NCBI GenBank assembly: GCA_001781555.1
Contig: MFLP01000030.1
Location: 16,164 to 54,424, forward strand
From: Candidatus Kaiserbacteria bacterium RIFCSPHIGHO2_12_FULL_53_13
GTDB taxonomy: Bacteria > Patescibacteriota > Minisyncoccia > Phycocordibacterales > UBA2100
Direction: 5' to 3'
DNA length: 38,261 bases
Shown piece by piece: positions 35,149 through 38,261 of this stretch; positions within the stretch are counted from its first letter, which is position 1; every line of letters begins with the position of its first letter. The translations under genes were made by a program, and so were the position numbers. The notes beneath the pieces are model-generated. The model was not told the origin of the DNA, searched no databases, and saw only the letters and a program-made list of their open reading frames with translations.

Positions 35149-36321
35149 CTATTCCTGCAACTCCTCTATGTTGACAAAACTTGCGGCAAGAGCGAGAGAT
35201 GTGTCGACTACAGCGTTTTCCTGCGTCTCTGCAATGCGGCCTAAATCACCGGGAGCAAGCGCAAGTGGAGAGAATGGCCGTGTTGTTATCGTGAATTGTC
35301 CGAAATCTACGCGCGAAAAGAATAGGCAAAGCCAGGGCGCGAATTCTGCTCTCACGATGATAGTAAGAGGATTCGGGAGATGTCTGGAGGATGCAAGACG
35401 GCCCATCGCCTCGCCGAAGATGCGTGCCAGCTCGGGCTCAATGCTTGCGAGCGCGGCGCTGAGCTTCTGGCAAGCATCGCTTTCGCATGCGTCGCGGGCT
35501 ATCATGCGCATAAGCGATAACGTTTCTTCGGCAGGCGCACTGGCGGATATCCGCTTCAGGATCGTGTTCGTCCCTTCAGCCACAAGAATATTTTCCATCG
35601 CGGCGTCTTCGTGAATGACGATGCAGTTCGTAGAATCACTTCCCATTTCGATTATTACCCTATCGAGCGATTGCGGAGCGCTTTCATTCAGCACCGAAAA
35701 AAGCGCGTGCATTTCCGAACGCAAGATAGGAGAGGATACGGAAAAATTGCGCTGCAATGTTTCTGTAATCCCTGTTCGGACAGCGGGCTCGCATCCGGAC
35801 ACGAGAGCTGAGATCTGGACTTCATGCGCGCGCTTGCCCGAAATATTCCGTGTTTTGTATCCATTCAATTCAATTGATATAACGCTGGCCTCGATGAGTT
35901 TGGAACGGTCCAATTGGCCTTCTTTCCCAAGCGCACTGCGTGCAAGCTTTTCTATGACGCTGTCCGTTATGCGCTCCTCCGTCGGGAATACCTCATTTGC
36001 CTGCAATGTTTTCGAACTGGTCCAATGGGAGTGAATTATCGCGTATGCGGAAACAACGGGCCTTGCGCGCCTTCCCGCATATGCCCCTGCGTATTTTTCC
36101 AATACTTTCTTGCATGCCTCGTCGAGGAGAGACAGAGCGCCGGAGGTAGCCTGTTCGGGAGTACGTTCTCCGAAAGGCAAGGATAATCTCTCCGAGGCAA
36201 GTATTGCTGCGGGCTCTCCCGGCAGAACGTGGATGATGGCGACTCCTGCGCTATCGCCTCCAACATCAGCGACAGCGATTACTTTTCCTCCTATCTTTCC
36301 CCCGGAGTGTATGCCGAACAT
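35149..36321 (-). CDS. Divergent actin-fold (ASKHA) ATPase, PilM/FtsA-like
   Basis: Phosphate-1-like VIAVADVGGDSAGVAII, phosphate-2-like VIIEMGSDSTNCIVI and adenosine-like VAEGTNTILKRI, in the order expected for FtsA/PilM. The match is degenerate and the call tentative. Confidence 0.45.
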   Translation of the reverse strand: MFGIHSGGKIGGKVIAVADVGGDSAGVAIIHVLPGEPAAILASERLSLPFGERTPEQATSGALSLLDEACKKVLEKYAGAYAGRRARPVVSAYAIIHSHWTSSKTLQANEVFPTEERITDSVIEKLARSALGKEGQLDRSKLIEASVISIELNGYKTRNISGKRAHEVQISALVSGCEPAVRTGITETLQRNFSVSSPILRSEMHALFSVLNESAPQSLDRVIIEMGSDSTNCIVIHEDAAMENILVAEGTNTILKRISASAPAEETLSLMRMIARDACESDACQKLSAALASIEPELARIFGEAMGRLASSRHLPNPLTIIVRAEFAPWLCLFFSRVDFGQFTITTRPFSPLALAPGDLGRIAETQENAVVDTSLALAASFVNIEELQE

Positions 36322-36335
36322 CGCTTAACAGTATA
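36322..36335 (-). promoter_or_regulatory. -10 box abutting the actin-fold ATPase gene start
   Basis: TATACT (36335->36330) - 8 nt (GTTAAGCG) - ATG (36321). It is preceded by a small hairpin, CCTAA-cttc-TTAGG. Confidence 0.45.
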
Positions 36336-36375
36336 ACAACCTAAGAAGTTAGGGGTTAGCGCCGGCGGAGGATAA

Positions 36376-36831
36376 TTACATTGTCCCAGTAATAGGAACG
36401 GTTTCCAGGGAGATTTTAGGCAGAGAAGGAAGACTTCCAAATTGCACATTGACCCTGTCAATCACATCTCCGTCCCTTTCAACTGAGGTAATAAGAATGT
36501 TTAGAACCTGTCCACGCGGAAGTTCGAGGCTAATCTGATTCGTCCTAGAAACTTCTTCAATGTACTTATTCACTCGGCCATCATCATGAAGAATTTCCAC
36601 ATCCGCTTTCAACACTCCTTTTCTCGTCTCACTGGTTCTATCTTCTTCACACCTAAACGTTAACTTGCTTGGCTTTTCGTGTCCATCCACGCGTATCTCA
36701 ATGGGTTGATTTATATCAATCCAATGCGACTTTAATCGTTCACCACTTCCTAAACTCGTAAATCTTTGCGTGGTCAACATTTCAATAACTTTGCCACGCT
36801 GTGCTGGCTTATCTTGCTTGTCAATACCCAT
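36376..36831 (-). CDS. Hypothetical 151-aa soluble, predicted beta-rich orphan protein in a locally AT-rich segment
   Basis: Clean ORF starting 6 nt after the alaS stop. It has no TM helix, no signal peptide and no recognised motifs. Composition is visibly AT-richer than its neighbours. Confidence 0.5.
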   Translation of the reverse strand: MGIDKQDKPAQRGKVIEMLTTQRFTSLGSGERLKSHWIDINQPIEIRVDGHEKPSKLTFRCEEDRTSETRKGVLKADVEILHDDGRVNKYIEEVSRTNQISLELPRGQVLNILITSVERDGDVIDRVNVQFGSLPSLPKISLETVPITGTM

Positions 36832-36837
36832 ATTTAT

Positions 36838-38261
36838 CTATAGTAGCACCGCCTTGATTCGTCTGATACCCGCCGCGACGGCTTCTTCTTTTTGTATCTT
36901 AAATGTCCCTTTCAAGTCGCGCGTGTTCTTCACATGCGGGCCGCCGCAGAACTCTATCGAGAACGCTTCTGCGAACCTGGGGTTTTCCGGCGTCGCGGTT
37001 TTCGGCCCGACTGAATAGACGGAGACCATGTCGGGATACTTCACGCCGAACTCGTGCTCCGCGCCGAGTTTCTCCGCTTCTTCTTTCGGGAGCGTCGAAC
37101 AGATGACGGGAAGTTTTTCGCGTATCTTCTCATTCACTATCTGTTCGACTTCGGCGATTTGTTCCGGGGTCATCTTCGCAGGGTGCGAGAAGTCTATCCG
37201 CAGGCGCTCGGCGGTGATGTTGCTCCCTCTCTGCTTCACGTGCGTACCGAGCACAAGCTGGAGTGCTTTCAAAAGCAGGTGATGCGCGGTGTGCAGGCGC
37301 GTCGTCGCTTCGGAATGGTCAGCAAGACCACCCTTGAACTTCTGTTCAGCCCCGGCGCGGGAGAGCTTAGTGTGTTTCTGCATCTCTTTTTGAAATGCTT
37401 CGCGGTCAATCGTCAGACCCTTCGCTAAGGCAATCTCTTCTACAAGCTCAATCGGTAAACCGTAGGTCGTAACGAGTTTAAAAACCGTTTCTGGAGCAAG
37501 CGTGCCGATGGAAAGTACTAGCCGACCTTTGATGCCGGCTTCATTTTCATACGGGTCCGACGCTACATCTTTCATAACGATTTTCTCAAATTCGCGCATT
37601 CCTTTCTCAAGCGTCCGCGCAAATTGTTTTTCCTCTTGCCAGATGACGTTCGCGATATTTTCGTATGCCTGCTCGCCGTCCAGTTCCGGATACGCCATTT
37701 TGTATTTCTCGATAATGAAACTTGCGGCACGGACGAGTTCATTCTCTCGCGCCTGCCCCTGAGCCGCGCCGAGCGCCGTCGCATGCTGTGTCGCGCGGCG
37801 GATGAGACGGCGCAGAATGTATCCGCGCTCCGTATTCGACGGACGGACGCCGTCGGCAATCATGAACGTCGCCGCGCGGATGTGGTCGGCAATGATGCGA
37901 TAGCTTTTCGTGTACGTGCTGTTGGTGTACGGTTTCTCTTCGTCCGAATAGTGTTCAAGGAGTTGAATGATGTCCTCGAATACATCCGTCGCGAATATGT
38001 CCGGATTATCATTCGCCGCCGCAGCGATGCGCTCGACTCCACCGCCGAAATCGACATTCTGCTTGGGAAGAAGCGCGAACGAACCATCCTCCTTCTTGAT
38101 GTACTGCATGAAGACGGAGTTCCCTATCTCCAGGAATCGCCCGCAATCGCAGTTCGGGTGGCATTCTTTGCCATACTTCGCATCGTGCGGCGTTTTGAAA
38201 TCGTAGAAAATCTCCGAGTCGGGCCCGCCGGGCTCGCCTGCGGGCATGTTTTCGGGTACAC
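36838..38261 (-). CDS. alaS: Alanyl-tRNA synthetase, C-terminal ~474 aa (5' end outside the window); ends right after the editing domain
   Basis: GPDSEIFYDF, the editing-domain motifs HTAHHLL and CGGPHV, and the terminal AAGIRRIKAVLL*. The frame is open to the window edge. Confidence 0.93.
   Translation of the reverse strand, partial: VPENMPAGEPGGPDSEIFYDFKTPHDAKYGKECHPNCDCGRFLEIGNSVFMQYIKKEDGSFALLPKQNVDFGGGVERIAAAANDNPDIFATDVFEDIIQLLEHYSDEEKPYTNSTYTKSYRIIADHIRAATFMIADGVRPSNTERGYILRRLIRRATQHATALGAAQGQARENELVRAASFIIEKYKMAYPELDGEQAYENIANVIWQEEKQFARTLEKGMREFEKIVMKDVASDPYENEAGIKGRLVLSIGTLAPETVFKLVTTYGLPIELVEEIALAKGLTIDREAFQKEMQKHTKLSRAGAEQKFKGGLADHSEATTRLHTAHHLLLKALQLVLGTHVKQRGSNITAERLRIDFSHPAKMTPEQIAEVEQIVNEKIREKLPVICSTLPKEEAEKLGAEHEFGVKYPDMVSVYSVGPKTATPENPRFAEAFSIEFCGGPHVKNTRDLKGTFKIQKEEAVAAGIRRIKAVLL

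Noticed and set aside
1-38261. Alternative genetic code (UGA recoding, as in some candidate phyla), CRISPR arrays, tRNA/rRNA genes, and T-box or riboswitch leaders upstream of the aaRS genes.
   Set aside because: TGA, TAA and TAG each terminate conserved proteins at the expected ends (for example ctp with TGA, leuS with TAA, rpsI with TAG). I saw no spaced direct-repeat arrays. No intergenic region has cloverleaf potential, and none besides the AT-rich spacer exceeds ~170 nt. aaRS upstream regions are 0-50 nt, too short for T-box leaders.

Overview
This is a 38.3-kb, gene-dense window with about 44 protein genes, most on the minus strand. It looks like a small, streamlined bacterial genome. 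Trimmed housekeeping proteins, membrane-anchored Ada-N/'sunset'-type and PG-binding proteins, and broken classical operons fit a Patescibacteria/CPR-like organism, but that is inference only. The genetic code is standard: TAA, TAG and TGA all end conserved proteins where expected.

Content:
- Six aminoacyl-tRNA synthetases: leuS (partial), cysS, gltX, aspS, trpS, alaS (partial).
- A dcw fragment (mraY-ftsW-murG) with a PBP5-type carboxypeptidase and an M23 peptidase.
- scpA-scpB and grpE-dnaK-dnaJ.
- The infA-rpmJ-rpsM-rpsK-rpsD-rpoA-rplQ-rplM-rpsI block, plus rplI and rpmA.
- An S41 protease, a CorA-like channel without the GMN signature, an orphan histidine kinase and an EamA transporter.
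- I saw no rRNA, tRNA, CRISPR array or recognisable transposase/integrase.

Most interesting observations:
1. An AT-rich ~1.8-kb island (6755-8597) carries three orphan genes. Two form an operon: a 126-aa helical protein and a 111-aa trypco2-like conflict-system domain protein. The third encodes a 214-aa protein with a homing-endonuclease-associated repeat and a restriction-endonuclease-like core. That gene is bracketed by a perfect 17-bp inverted repeat (7010-7026 / 7726-7742), giving a 733-bp self-contained cassette.
2. At least 14 genes have a -10-type hexamer (TAnAAT/TATACT) only 5-9 nt upstream of the ATG and no Shine-Dalgarno sequence. This implies widespread leaderless mRNAs.
3. A PilM/FtsA-like ATPase and a single-pass membrane protein form a pair where secY-adk-map would normally precede infA. 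Next to it sits an AT-rich orphan 151-aa gene.

All family assignments come from motif recognition by eye. No searches were run.
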